This document shows, one piece after another, positions 1-7,724 of a stretch of DNA of 62,167 nt (its first letter is position 1; each line of letters begins with the position of its first letter). The DNA is taken from assembly GCA_039932375.1 (NCBI GenBank), contig JBDTQD010000003.1, positions 1-62,167 on the forward strand. The letters are read 5' to 3'. The position numbers and the translations under genes are program-made. The DNA comes from Chloroflexota bacterium. GTDB lineage: Bacteria > Chloroflexota > Limnocylindria > QHBO01. The notes beneath the pieces were generated by a model. It searched no databases. It was given only the letters and a program-made list of their open reading frames with translations, and was not told the origin of the DNA.

Positions 1-412
1 CGCGCAGGAGCCGATCGCCCCAGGCGTGGAAGGTGCTGATGACCGTATCGGTGAAGCCGTAGGGAACGAGCTGGTCAACCCGCTCGGTCATCTCGAGCGC
101 GGCCCGATCGGTAAAGGTGAGCGCCAGGATCTCGCTCGGCTTGGCCCGCTTCTCGGCGATCAGCCATGCGATGCGGCGGGTGATGACCGTCGTCTTGCCG
201 GTCCCCGCTCCAGCCACGATCAGGAGCGGCCCCTCGCCGTGTGTCACCGCCTTGCGCTGGCGCGGGGTCAGGTCGGCCAGTAGCGGAGGCTGGATGCGCA
301 GGTGCGGCCGCGGCGGACGCGGTGGGGCGGTCAGCTCCTCGAAGAACGGAAGCTGATTCGGGGACGGCACCACCGCTGGCATCTCACCGATGGTAGCGGA
401 GGTGGCATTCAT
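1..412 (-). CDS. UvrD/PcrA-family ATP-dependent DNA helicase, N-terminal part (runs off the window edge)
   Basis: Manual translation of the minus strand from ATG at 412: ...LADLTPRQRKAVTHGEGPLLIVAGAGTGKTTVITRRIAWLI...ILALTFTDRAA...ISTFHAWG, i.e. SF1A Q motif, Walker A, motifs Ia/Ib. Not in the ORF track because there is no stop in the window. Confidence 0.9.
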   Translation of the reverse strand, partial: MNATSATIGEMPAVVPSPNQLPFFEELTAPPRPPRPHLRIQPPLLADLTPRQRKAVTHGEGPLLIVAGAGTGKTTVITRRIAWLIAEKRAKPSEILALTFTDRAALEMTERVDQLVPYGFTDTVISTFHAWGDRLLR

Positions 413-456
413 CGGACGGTTATCGCCGGCTTACTCGACACCTCGTCTGTCGCGAA

Positions 457-1059
457 TCAGGTCCCCCTCCGTCGCAGGATAGCCTCGGCATGGCGGCGCG
501 TCGTGTCCAGCTCGTCGCGGATGAGTCGCACGGAAAGTGGCGCCACGGCGGACGCCCGGTCGAGGCGCTCGTTGATCTCGGCCCACGTCGCCCGCGGATA
601 GTCGATCCTCGGCGCGACCGGCACCAGCTCACCGGAAGATCGCAACTGCTCGACCAGGGCGACGGGGATCCCGAGGCGCGCAGCCAGCCCCTCCGCCGAT
701 GGCGGCACCGAGCCAGCCTCGCGCAGCGCGTCAATGAGGCGATCGACACGGTCGCGCATGATCGGATCGAGAACGGCCGGGCCATCCGCCAACCGAACTC
801 GGTGCCCCTGGCGCCGCAAGATCCCAGCCGCGACCATGTCGTCGACCACCCCTCGCAGATCGGCGTCACTCAGGCTGAGCGGTCGCTGACCGCGATGGCC
901 GGTGGCTCGCGATGGCTCGGCCGCGCGCAGCTCGGCGACGAGGTTGTCAACGCGCAGGTCCAATCGCAACGGCTCTCGGCGATGGTGCCGGCTCAGCGCT
1001 GCCAGGAGGCGTCGCGCGGCGAGACGCCGCTCGGTGGGATCGATCGGTCCATCGCCCAC
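457..1059 (-). CDS. Stand-alone SelB C-terminal winged-helix-like protein (no GTPase domain)
   Basis: Segments HHRREPLRLDL..AELR, L.EAGSVPPS..L and LSVRLIRDELDTTRRHAEAIL resemble SelB WH1-WH4; 200 aa with no P-loop. Confidence 0.6.
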   Translation of the reverse strand: MGDGPIDPTERRLAARRLLAALSRHHRREPLRLDLRVDNLVAELRAAEPSRATGHRGQRPLSLSDADLRGVVDDMVAAGILRRQGHRVRLADGPAVLDPIMRDRVDRLIDALREAGSVPPSAEGLAARLGIPVALVEQLRSSGELVPVAPRIDYPRATWAEINERLDRASAVAPLSVRLIRDELDTTRRHAEAILRRRGT

Positions 1060-1072
1060 GGCCGGGCGCGCC

Positions 1073-1609
1073 TCAGCTGACGGTCGGGGTGGGGCGAGCG
1101 CTCTCGACCGCGATCCGGATCGCCTGGGCCTCCTCGTCGGAGAGCTGGTGGCTTGACTCCCCGCCCTCGACCGGCTTGGCGAAGACGCGCGTCTGGCCGC
1201 GCCCGTGGAGGCTGCTCAGGACGACGCCGTCGCGGCGGTCGTCCAGGAGCGCGATCACAAAGCTCTGGTCCGAGCCGGTGTCCTCGAACGGGTTGTATCG
1301 CACCAGCCCCACGTGCTGCAGGCTGCCGCGCGACCGGACCTCGAGGGATTCGTACAGCGCCGCCAGCTCCTCGAGCTTGGTGCCGACCTCGACCACCTTG
1401 CCGAGATGCGAGTCGAGCAGTTGCTGGAGTGACTCGCCCTGGCTGTCGCTGACGAGCGATCGGTAGGCGCCGGTGGCCTGTTTCAGGCGCCTGGCCTGGA
1501 TGACCGCCATGACCAACAGGCCGATGATGACGACCCCCATGACGCCCACGACGAGCGCCAGGTTGTCCACGAGGGTGCGGTTCAGGTCGGACACAGGCGC
1601 TGGTATCAT
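1073..1609 (-). CDS. DUF4446 family membrane protein
   Basis: N-terminal TM segment, coiled coil, and VGLVRYNPFEDTGSDQSFVIALLD...G.VLSSLHGR..TRVFAKPV..G.S...LS.EE motif; start taken at MIPAPV. Confidence 0.85.
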   Translation of the reverse strand: MIPAPVSDLNRTLVDNLALVVGVMGVVIIGLLVMAVIQARRLKQATGAYRSLVSDSQGESLQQLLDSHLGKVVEVGTKLEELAALYESLEVRSRGSLQHVGLVRYNPFEDTGSDQSFVIALLDDRRDGVVLSSLHGRGQTRVFAKPVEGGESSHQLSDEEAQAIRIAVESARPTPTVS

Positions 1610-1651
1610 ACCCGCCCGATCCGGCTCCTCAGACCACACCACGGAGGATGA

Positions 1652-2020
1652 ATGCCCCGACGAGGTGGCAAGGCGGCGAACCGCCGCGACCGTCAGCGGC
1701 GCGCCCAGCGCAAGGCATTGCAGCGCCCCGGCGTCCCGGCACGCCCGATCGCGGGGGTCGTCTCGGAAGCCGTGGAGGCCGCCGCCGAGAGCCGCAGCGA
1801 GGCCGCTCCGACCCCGTCGACTGCCCCGGTCCATCGAGCAGCGCGCGCCGACCCGCGCTTCGCCGTGTCCGGTCCCTCGCGCCTCTCAGAGCGGGCAGCG
1901 GCCGAATACCACTACGTGCGCAGCGACCTGCGCAACATCGCGGTGCTGGTGATGGTGATGGCCGTGCTGCTGGCCGCGGCAGTGGTCGCCTTCAGTCTGC
2001 TGAAGATCGGCCCCGGCTGA
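1652..2020 (+). CDS. Small membrane-anchored hypothetical protein
   Basis: Basic N-terminus; C-terminal EYHYVRSDLRNIAVLV...hydrophobic helix. Confidence 0.7.
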   Translation: MPRRGGKAANRRDRQRRAQRKALQRPGVPARPIAGVVSEAVEAAAESRSEAAPTPSTAPVHRAARADPRFAVSGPSRLSERAAAEYHYVRSDLRNIAVLVMVMAVLLAAAVVAFSLLKIGPG

Positions 2021-2049
2021 GGCCAGATCGCGCGGATTTGCAAAAGACC

Positions 2050-2079
2050 TTGCGCCCCGGAATGTGTGTCGCGTAGACT
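2050..2079 (+). promoter_or_regulatory. Sigma70-type promoter pointing into the non-coding region
   Basis: TTGCGC (2050-2055), 18 nt spacer, TAGACT (2074-2079); TAGACT recurs upstream of several genes in this window. Confidence 0.7.
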
Positions 2080-2085
2080 CCGCCG

Positions 2086-2633
2086 TGCCGCTTCAGGGCA
2101 ATGCAAAAGCCGTTATCTGGAGTGGACGGAAAGGTGACCCTCGGAGGCGATTCTGTCGCCACCCTGAGTTACCGCCGGGTGCAGGTGGAGTAGGAGACGG
2201 GGATAAGCTCCCGCCCCAGAACGCGGCAGGCACACTGCCTCCGCCCAGGCGAACGCGAGCGAGCCAAAAGCCCGATCGGCAGTTCGCACGGGATCGTTAC
2301 GGAGGAAAGGGTCAGTCGCGTCGAGGCAACGATCGGGACCGGCCGCGCGGCCTTCGGGCCGTGTCAGTAATCCGATCGAACCGGCCTACGGTTCCAGGTT
2401 CAGTGGAGTGGGATCCACTGGGCGGCTCTACAGACGAGGAGCCGCGACAACCAGCTTGACCGGCTCTGGCGGCCGCGGGTCTGCACTGCTTACGCGGACC
2501 TGAGGTTCCAGTCAGCGGGCCAGGCGAGACGTCTGAGGTTCGTTCGTCGCCGCGGGCTTACCACCCAACGCTGATGAGCGATTCGACGAGGGTCTGAGAG
2601 TTCCCGCAAGGGGGCAATCAGGCCCTCACGTCG
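2086..2633 (+). ncRNA. Putative large structured non-coding RNA, family unassigned
   Basis: ~700-nt gap with no credible ORF, own promoter, and more than ten consecutive helices readable by eye, including C(UUCG)G (2348-2361) and GCAA-tetraloop (2603-2612) hairpins. Confidence 0.7.
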
Positions 2634-2719
2634 TTTCCAGCCGTCGCGCCTGTGCCGCCGGGCGTGGCTTCCGTCGCAGCACCTGCCAGATCAGCGAACT
2701 TGCCCTCAGCGACACCCTC

Positions 2720-3850
2720 TTACCCAGGAACCTGGGCCTCTTCCCACGTTTGACCGCCGTCGATGGTCGAGAAGAGACGGTCAATCTCGAAACATTGGGA
2801 CTTGCCACTCAAGCACCCATTCTGAGTCACGACGGCCCAGCCCGCACTAGCGCTCGTGAACCGGAGACGGATCCCTCCGAGCGGCAGACCGTTCGGACTG
2901 ATCGGTGCAAGTGATCGGCCGGCTGCCGTTACGGCGAACAGGCCGCCGGCGGGGCTGGCGACCACCACCCGATCGCCAGCTCGTGACATCGGGAGCGCTC
3001 CCGGTCCCGAGTCTCCCCCGACGGCCACGAGCGTCACTTGCCGCCAAGTTGCCCCGTCGTCGGTGCTCGTCAGCCATGCTTCCTGGGTGGCCGGCCCGTC
3101 GATCGTCACGGGCAGCAGCAGACGGTCCGCCACGCGCTGCGGGGCGCTTACCCCGATCTCCAGGCCCGCTGGAAATGGCAGGCGCACCTCGCTCCACGTC
3201 AGGCCTGCATCGGCGCTCCGCCACAGGCGCTCTCCGAGGACGCCGCCCGCCAGCCACAGCGCGTCAGCGCCAGTGATGCTCACCATTCCGGCAGCCGGCG
3301 CTGGGCGACGCTCGAAGACACCGCCCTGTCGAGACACGAACAGGTCAGCCTGCGAGAAGTTCGAGCTGGTCGTCTGCACCACCTGCGCGACCAGCAGGGT
3401 GTCGCTTGCGGCGAGCCGAACGTCACCCGGCTGACCATGGGTCTGGAGGCGCGATTCCTGCCAACGCAGCCCGCCGTCGAGACTGGTGCGTACCACCGCG
3501 TCCAGACTATCGGCGCCCCCCAGGCTCGCCAGCACGAGATGCTGCGTACCCAGCACGAGGAGCGCCCGAACCCCCGCCACGTCTGCGCCAGCAACGGCCT
3601 TCCAACTCTGACCGCCGTCGGTGGTGGCCAGCAGCGCCTGGTCGGTGACGATCCACGCCGTCGTTTGATCGACGGCATCGAAGGCCAGTATGAGCGGGCC
3701 ACTGGCCGGCGGCGTTTCGGTGGGCGAGGCAGCGCCGACGGATGGGGTCATGCTGTAGATGACCCCCGGCGCCACATGCGCGCAAGCGGACAGCAGCAAC
3801 GTGCCGAGAACGAACCCGCCGAGGAGCGTTGGATGCCGCATATGCTTCAT
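2720..3850 (-). CDS. Lipoprotein with BNR/Asp-box repeats (beta-propeller, Ycf48-like)
   Basis: Signal peptide with lipobox LSAC; repeats TTDGGQSW, SLDGGLRW, SADAGLTW, STDDGATW, TIDGGQTW. Confidence 0.8.
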   Translation of the reverse strand: MKHMRHPTLLGGFVLGTLLLSACAHVAPGVIYSMTPSVGAASPTETPPASGPLILAFDAVDQTTAWIVTDQALLATTDGGQSWKAVAGADVAGVRALLVLGTQHLVLASLGGADSLDAVVRTSLDGGLRWQESRLQTHGQPGDVRLAASDTLLVAQVVQTTSSNFSQADLFVSRQGGVFERRPAPAAGMVSITGADALWLAGGVLGERLWRSADAGLTWSEVRLPFPAGLEIGVSAPQRVADRLLLPVTIDGPATQEAWLTSTDDGATWRQVTLVAVGGDSGPGALPMSRAGDRVVVASPAGGLFAVTAAGRSLAPISPNGLPLGGIRLRFTSASAGWAVVTQNGCLSGKSQCFEIDRLFSTIDGGQTWEEAQVPG

Positions 3851-3893
3851 GGGTATCCATTGTCGGTATGGCACGTGTGGCTCTCTGACCTGG

Positions 3894-5228
3894 CTACTGA
3901 GGGCCGCGCCGGCCTTCTAGGCGCGCGCGACGCAGCCGTCCCAGCCGCTCGCCGATCTGCTTCTCGAGGCCCTGATCGGACGGCTCGTAATAGACACGCC
4001 CGGCAAGCGCGTCCGGCAGGTACTGCTGGTCGACATCGGCTTCGTCGAAGTCGTGCGGGTAGAGGTAGCCCTTGCCGTAGCCATGCTCTTTCGCCAGCCG
4101 GCGATGCGACGACGGGCGCAGGTGCAGCGGGACCGGCAGCCGTCCGCGCTCCTCCACATCGGCCAGCGCCGCGAAGTAGGCGCCGCCGGCTCGGTTCGAC
4201 TTCGGCGCGGAGGCAATGTAGGCGGCGGCCTGGGCAAGGGCGTACTGGGCCTCGGGCAGGCCGATCATCTCCACGGCCTGCATGGCAGCCACCGCCACCT
4301 GCAGCGCCCGCGGATCGGCGTTGCCGACGTCCTCGCTGGCCGCGATCACGATCCGCCGCGCGATGAAGGTCGGATCCTCCCCCGCCGCGACCATGCTGGC
4401 GCACCAGTAGAGAGCGGCGTCTGGATCATTGCCCCGCATGCTCTTGATGAAGGCCGATGCCGCCTCGTAGTGCTGGTCGCCGACCCGATCGTAGGCGAGC
4501 AGCCGCTGCTGCGACGCCTCGGCGATGGCCTCGCGGCTGAGCGGCCCGCTCTTCCCGGCCACGGCGGCCGCGGACTCCAGGATATTCAGGGCCTGACGCG
4601 CGTCGCCGCTCGACAGCTCGAGCAGCGCGGTCATCCCCTCCTCGGAGATCGCGACATTGCCGCCCAGCCCGCGCTCGTCGCCAAGCGCGAGGTCCACGAT
4701 CTTCCGCACCGCCTCTTCGCCGAGCGGCTCGAGCCGATAGACCCGCAGGCGCGACAGGAGCGGCGAGTTGATCTCGTAGTACGGGTTCTCGGTGGATGCT
4801 GCAATAAGCCGGATGGTGCCGTCCTCGACGTAGGGCAGCAGCGCATCCTGCTGGGCCTTGTTGAACCTGTGGATCTCGTCAATGAACAGCACGGTCATGA
4901 CCCCAGCGGTCCGTGCCTCTTTGGCCTCGGCGAACAGCTTGCGCAGGTCAGCGACTCCACTGGTCACCGCGCTGATCTGATGCCAGGCACCTCCAGCCCG
5001 CTCTGCGAGCAGCCGGGCGAGCGTCGTCTTCCCTGATCCCGGTGGGCCCCAAAGCATGATGCTAGGCAGGAAACCGGGTTGCACGACACGGGAGAGGGCA
5101 CCGTCCTCACCAACCAGGTGTGTCTGGCCCACGAACTCGGACAGGTCGCGCGAGCGCATTCTTGCGGCGAGCGGTGCGTCGGTTGCCGGCTCCTCCCTGA
5201 ACAGCGGGTCGGTGAGGTTCACGGGCAT
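3894..5228 (-). CDS. rarA: Replication-associated recombination protein A (RarA/MgsA AAA+ ATPase), full length
   Basis: PLAARMR, GPPGSGKTT, FIDEIHRFNKAQQD, ASTENP, GDARQALN, SAFIKSMRGNDPDAALYW, ASEDVGNADP, HGYGKGYLYPHD. Confidence 0.95.
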   Translation of the reverse strand: MPVNLTDPLFREEPATDAPLAARMRSRDLSEFVGQTHLVGEDGALSRVVQPGFLPSIMLWGPPGSGKTTLARLLAERAGGAWHQISAVTSGVADLRKLFAEAKEARTAGVMTVLFIDEIHRFNKAQQDALLPYVEDGTIRLIAASTENPYYEINSPLLSRLRVYRLEPLGEEAVRKIVDLALGDERGLGGNVAISEEGMTALLELSSGDARQALNILESAAAVAGKSGPLSREAIAEASQQRLLAYDRVGDQHYEAASAFIKSMRGNDPDAALYWCASMVAAGEDPTFIARRIVIAASEDVGNADPRALQVAVAAMQAVEMIGLPEAQYALAQAAAYIASAPKSNRAGGAYFAALADVEERGRLPVPLHLRPSSHRRLAKEHGYGKGYLYPHDFDEADVDQQYLPDALAGRVYYEPSDQGLEKQIGERLGRLRRARLEGRRGPQ

Positions 5229-5264
5229 GAACAGCATGATGACTCAGAGAGGATCAGGCGGGGT

Positions 5265-5293
5265 CGCCTGCACGCTACCGATCGCCGCGGCCG
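5265..5293. repeat. Direct repeat copy 1 (cgcctgcacgctaccgatcgccgcggccg)
   Basis: Identical 29-mer at 6053-6081; 25-nt copy with 2 mismatches at 5735-5759. Confidence 0.9.
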
Positions 5294-5409
5294 TCGCCGC
5301 TCGAGCTCTTCGCGCCGTCAACGTCGTTCGGGCCCGACCGCAAGGTGGAAGGACGTCAGCCGCGTAGACTCAGGCGGCGAGGGGTTCCTGATTGAGTGAA
5401 GGAGTCGTG

Positions 5410-5679
5410 ATGGCAACGCTATTCGTTCGACACAAGGTGGCGGCCTATGCGGCTTGGCGGGAGACATACAACGCGTTCGACCCGACCCGGAAGGCGCTCG
5501 GCGTGACGGCCGACGCCGTCTACCAGGCGGCCGATGATCCGAATGAGGTGACGGTGACGCACGACTTCGCGACGCTGGAAGCTGCCAAGGCATTTGTCGC
5601 CAACTCTGAGTTGCACGAGGCGATGGACAAGTCCGGAGTCGTCGGCGAGCCCGCGATCTGGATCACGAACCGGAGTTAG
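5410..5679 (+). CDS. Small dimeric alpha/beta-barrel protein (ABM/'cyclase'-like)
   Basis: MATLFVRHKV..Y.AW...Y...D..RKALGV....VYQ..DDPNEVTV.HDF..LE.AKAF..S.EL..AM...GV.GEP; GGAG at 5401; TAGACT at 5365-5370. Confidence 0.75.
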   Translation: MATLFVRHKVAAYAAWRETYNAFDPTRKALGVTADAVYQAADDPNEVTVTHDFATLEAAKAFVANSELHEAMDKSGVVGEPAIWITNRS

Positions 5680-5734
5680 CCGGGCAGAGATCTCGCGGGC
5701 GGACCGTTCGTGGGGCAGGTCTAAGGCCCGGCGC

Positions 5735-5759
5735 CGCCTGCCCGCTACCGATCGACGCG
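5735..5759. repeat. Direct repeat copy 2 (degenerate)
   Basis: cgcctgcccgctaccgatcgacgcg, overlapping a hairpin cgacgc-gactat-gcgtcg (5753-5770). Confidence 0.8.
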
Positions 5760-6052
5760 ACTATGCGTCGCTTATGTCAGGGCAGTGCGCTGAGCACCTT
5801 GGCCGCGGTTGCAGCATCAGCCGGCAGCACCACGAACAGTGCCTCGCCGTGCGCGTACGGGTACTCGGGTCCGTTGGACCAGCACAGCATCGGGCTGCCA
5901 GTTATCTGGACCACCCCGGCAACGCGCGATGCACGGATTGAGAAGCGCCGCTGGGTTGGCCGTTGAGGCGTCGTGACACGATGATCGGCCAGTTTGCCAC
6001 CGCGATCACATCGTCGCGCGGCGAGTCAGCCAGAGGATGTTGAGGCCGATGC

Positions 6053-6081
6053 CGCCTGCACGCTACCGATCGCCGCGGCCG
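6053..6081. repeat. Direct repeat copy 3
   Basis: Identical to 5265-5293. Confidence 0.9.
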
Positions 6082-6131
6082 CCGGCCCGAGTTGCGCCCG
6101 AAGTTAAACGCGGCTGCGGGTCATGCCATCC

Positions 6132-7724
6132 TCAGCCAGCGCCACCAACAGGCGCCAGGGCAAACAGCTGCCACTCGCCCGGCACACCTTTGAACTTGTG
6201 CCGGCCTCGATCATGCAGCCCGAGATCCCTGCCTGGCAACGCTTCACCCAAGGCCTCAGAGATAAGGATCTCCCCGTCCGCTGCGGAAGCCATGATCCGA
6301 GCTGCCGCGTGCACCTCGATGCCGCTGACCTTTTCGCCCCGCATCTCGCACTCGCCGAGGTGGAGGCCTGTTCGTGTCTGAAGACTGAGCTCATCGACGG
6401 CTACGCGGATCGCCCGCGCGCAGCTAACGCCCGAGCTTGGCTGGTCGAACGTGGCGAAGAAGGCATCGCCCGCTGTATCGACTTCGTGGCCACCCGTCCG
6501 CGCGAGCTCCTTGCGGACGGCCGCGCGATAGCGGCCGAGAAGCATCCGCCAGCGCTCATCGCCCAGCTCGACGATGCGCTCGGTGGAGCCCACGATATCG
6601 GTGAACAGCAGGGTCAGCAGTGCCCGACCCGGCAGGAGGCGATCGACGACCGGGCGCACGCGTCGACGCATCGGTCCGTACGCCACCGCCACCCCAACGC
6701 CCAGCGCACCAGTCAGTAATTCGGACCGCTGTCCGGTGAGCGACTCCAGCATCCGCTGCAAGCCGATGTTGGCGACGCCAAAGGCGGCCAGCAGCACAAC
6801 CGTGACGCTGCCGTCGAGAACGGTGCGGTTGATGATCGTGTCGATCTCGTAGAGGCGGTAACGCAGCACCGCCACCCCGATGGCGAGCGGGACGGTTGGA
6901 AACGCGATGACCGCTGGAATCCAGACCAGCTCGCTTGTTCCTGCGGCTGGCAGCAGCCGTCCGACCACGAAGCCGCCCAGCACAGCGATGACCACAAAGG
7001 CCAGGGCGGCGGCCACCCAACTGAGCTGCTGGCGCTCGATGCCCCGTGCACGTCGCAGGCGCACGATGATCGAGACGACGCCAAGGGCCAGCAGGGCTGC
7101 GAGAAGCGGGAACCCGGCTCCGGTGATGGTTTCCCAGATCGGAGCAGCCGGGAAGATGGCGAGGGGGTTCGCGATGTCCACGCCAGCTTGTGATTGCGAG
7201 AGGCTCACGTTCAGGGTCGGACCAAAGGCGTTGAGAATGACGGCCACGCACGCGAGGCCAATCGCCACACGAGCCGGCGTCTCCCACCTTCCGTGGGGCA
7301 GCCGCCCGCTCGGAAACACGATCAGCAGGATGAAAAGAAGCGTGAACGCTGGCAGGCCGCCGAGGGCGCCGCTCGCGATTGCCATGGCTTCGGTCGCGAG
7401 GGGTACGGTCCTGGTCGCGAACTGCGCGGGGGTCGCATCCACGCTGGCTAAAGCAAGCGCGAAACACCAGCCAATCGCGAACAGGATCCAGCCAATCGAG
7501 TTCCTTGGCCTCCGCACAACGAGGATGCAGGCAACCAGTGTGTAGGGGACGTAGATCAGAATCCCGGGGGGGCTCTGCACTGCGATGACTAGCCCCAAGA
7601 AGGCGGCCACCGCCACCGCCGCCTGCGCGACGCGGGGCAGCGAGGGCGTGATCACGAGGCTGTCCGGCGCGGCGCGCTCGGTCAGGGAAGCACCATTCCG
7701 CCTCATCCGCTCATCCGCGCCCAT
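6132..7724 (-). CDS. Membrane-bound class III adenylate/guanylate cyclase
   Basis: Multi-TM N-terminal region (..RRARGIERQQLSW.., YRLYEID); C-terminal FTDIVGST, DTAGDAFF, RTGLHLGE, GIEVHAAARI. Confidence 0.85.
   Translation of the reverse strand: MGADERMRRNGASLTERAAPDSLVITPSLPRVAQAAVAVAAFLGLVIAVQSPPGILIYVPYTLVACILVVRRPRNSIGWILFAIGWCFALALASVDATPAQFATRTVPLATEAMAIASGALGGLPAFTLLFILLIVFPSGRLPHGRWETPARVAIGLACVAVILNAFGPTLNVSLSQSQAGVDIANPLAIFPAAPIWETITGAGFPLLAALLALGVVSIIVRLRRARGIERQQLSWVAAALAFVVIAVLGGFVVGRLLPAAGTSELVWIPAVIAFPTVPLAIGVAVLRYRLYEIDTIINRTVLDGSVTVVLLAAFGVANIGLQRMLESLTGQRSELLTGALGVGVAVAYGPMRRRVRPVVDRLLPGRALLTLLFTDIVGSTERIVELGDERWRMLLGRYRAAVRKELARTGGHEVDTAGDAFFATFDQPSSGVSCARAIRVAVDELSLQTRTGLHLGECEMRGEKVSGIEVHAAARIMASAADGEILISEALGEALPGRDLGLHDRGRHKFKGVPGEWQLFALAPVGGAG

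Noticed and set aside
2101-2193. 30-codon ORF (MQKPLSGVDGK...) at the start of the RNA
   Set aside because: No SD, no recognisable motif, lies across paired helices; cannot be fully excluded
2301-2320. GGAGGAAAG resembling the RNase P P4 strand
   Set aside because: Not followed by UCC; no complementary 3' P4 strand or other conserved RNase P regions found
2571-2590. CTGATGAG hammerhead-like core
   Set aside because: No stem II followed by GAAA; the sequence instead forms its own small hairpin
2553-2592. tmRNA-like hints: GCTGAT....GATTCGACG resembles a tmRNA 5' end, and cgggctt-ACCA resembles an acceptor 3' end
   Set aside because: No T-arm (GTTCRANYC with a paired stem), no G3-U70 pair, no GGGG 5' end and no tag-like reading frame
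2085-2633. Group I/II intron or IS200/605-associated RNA
   Set aside because: No domain V/VI or P7 motifs, no interrupted host gene, no RT, IscB or TnpB ORF
5265-6081. CRISPR array
   Set aside because: Only three repeats separated by 290-440 nt containing genes; no cas genes
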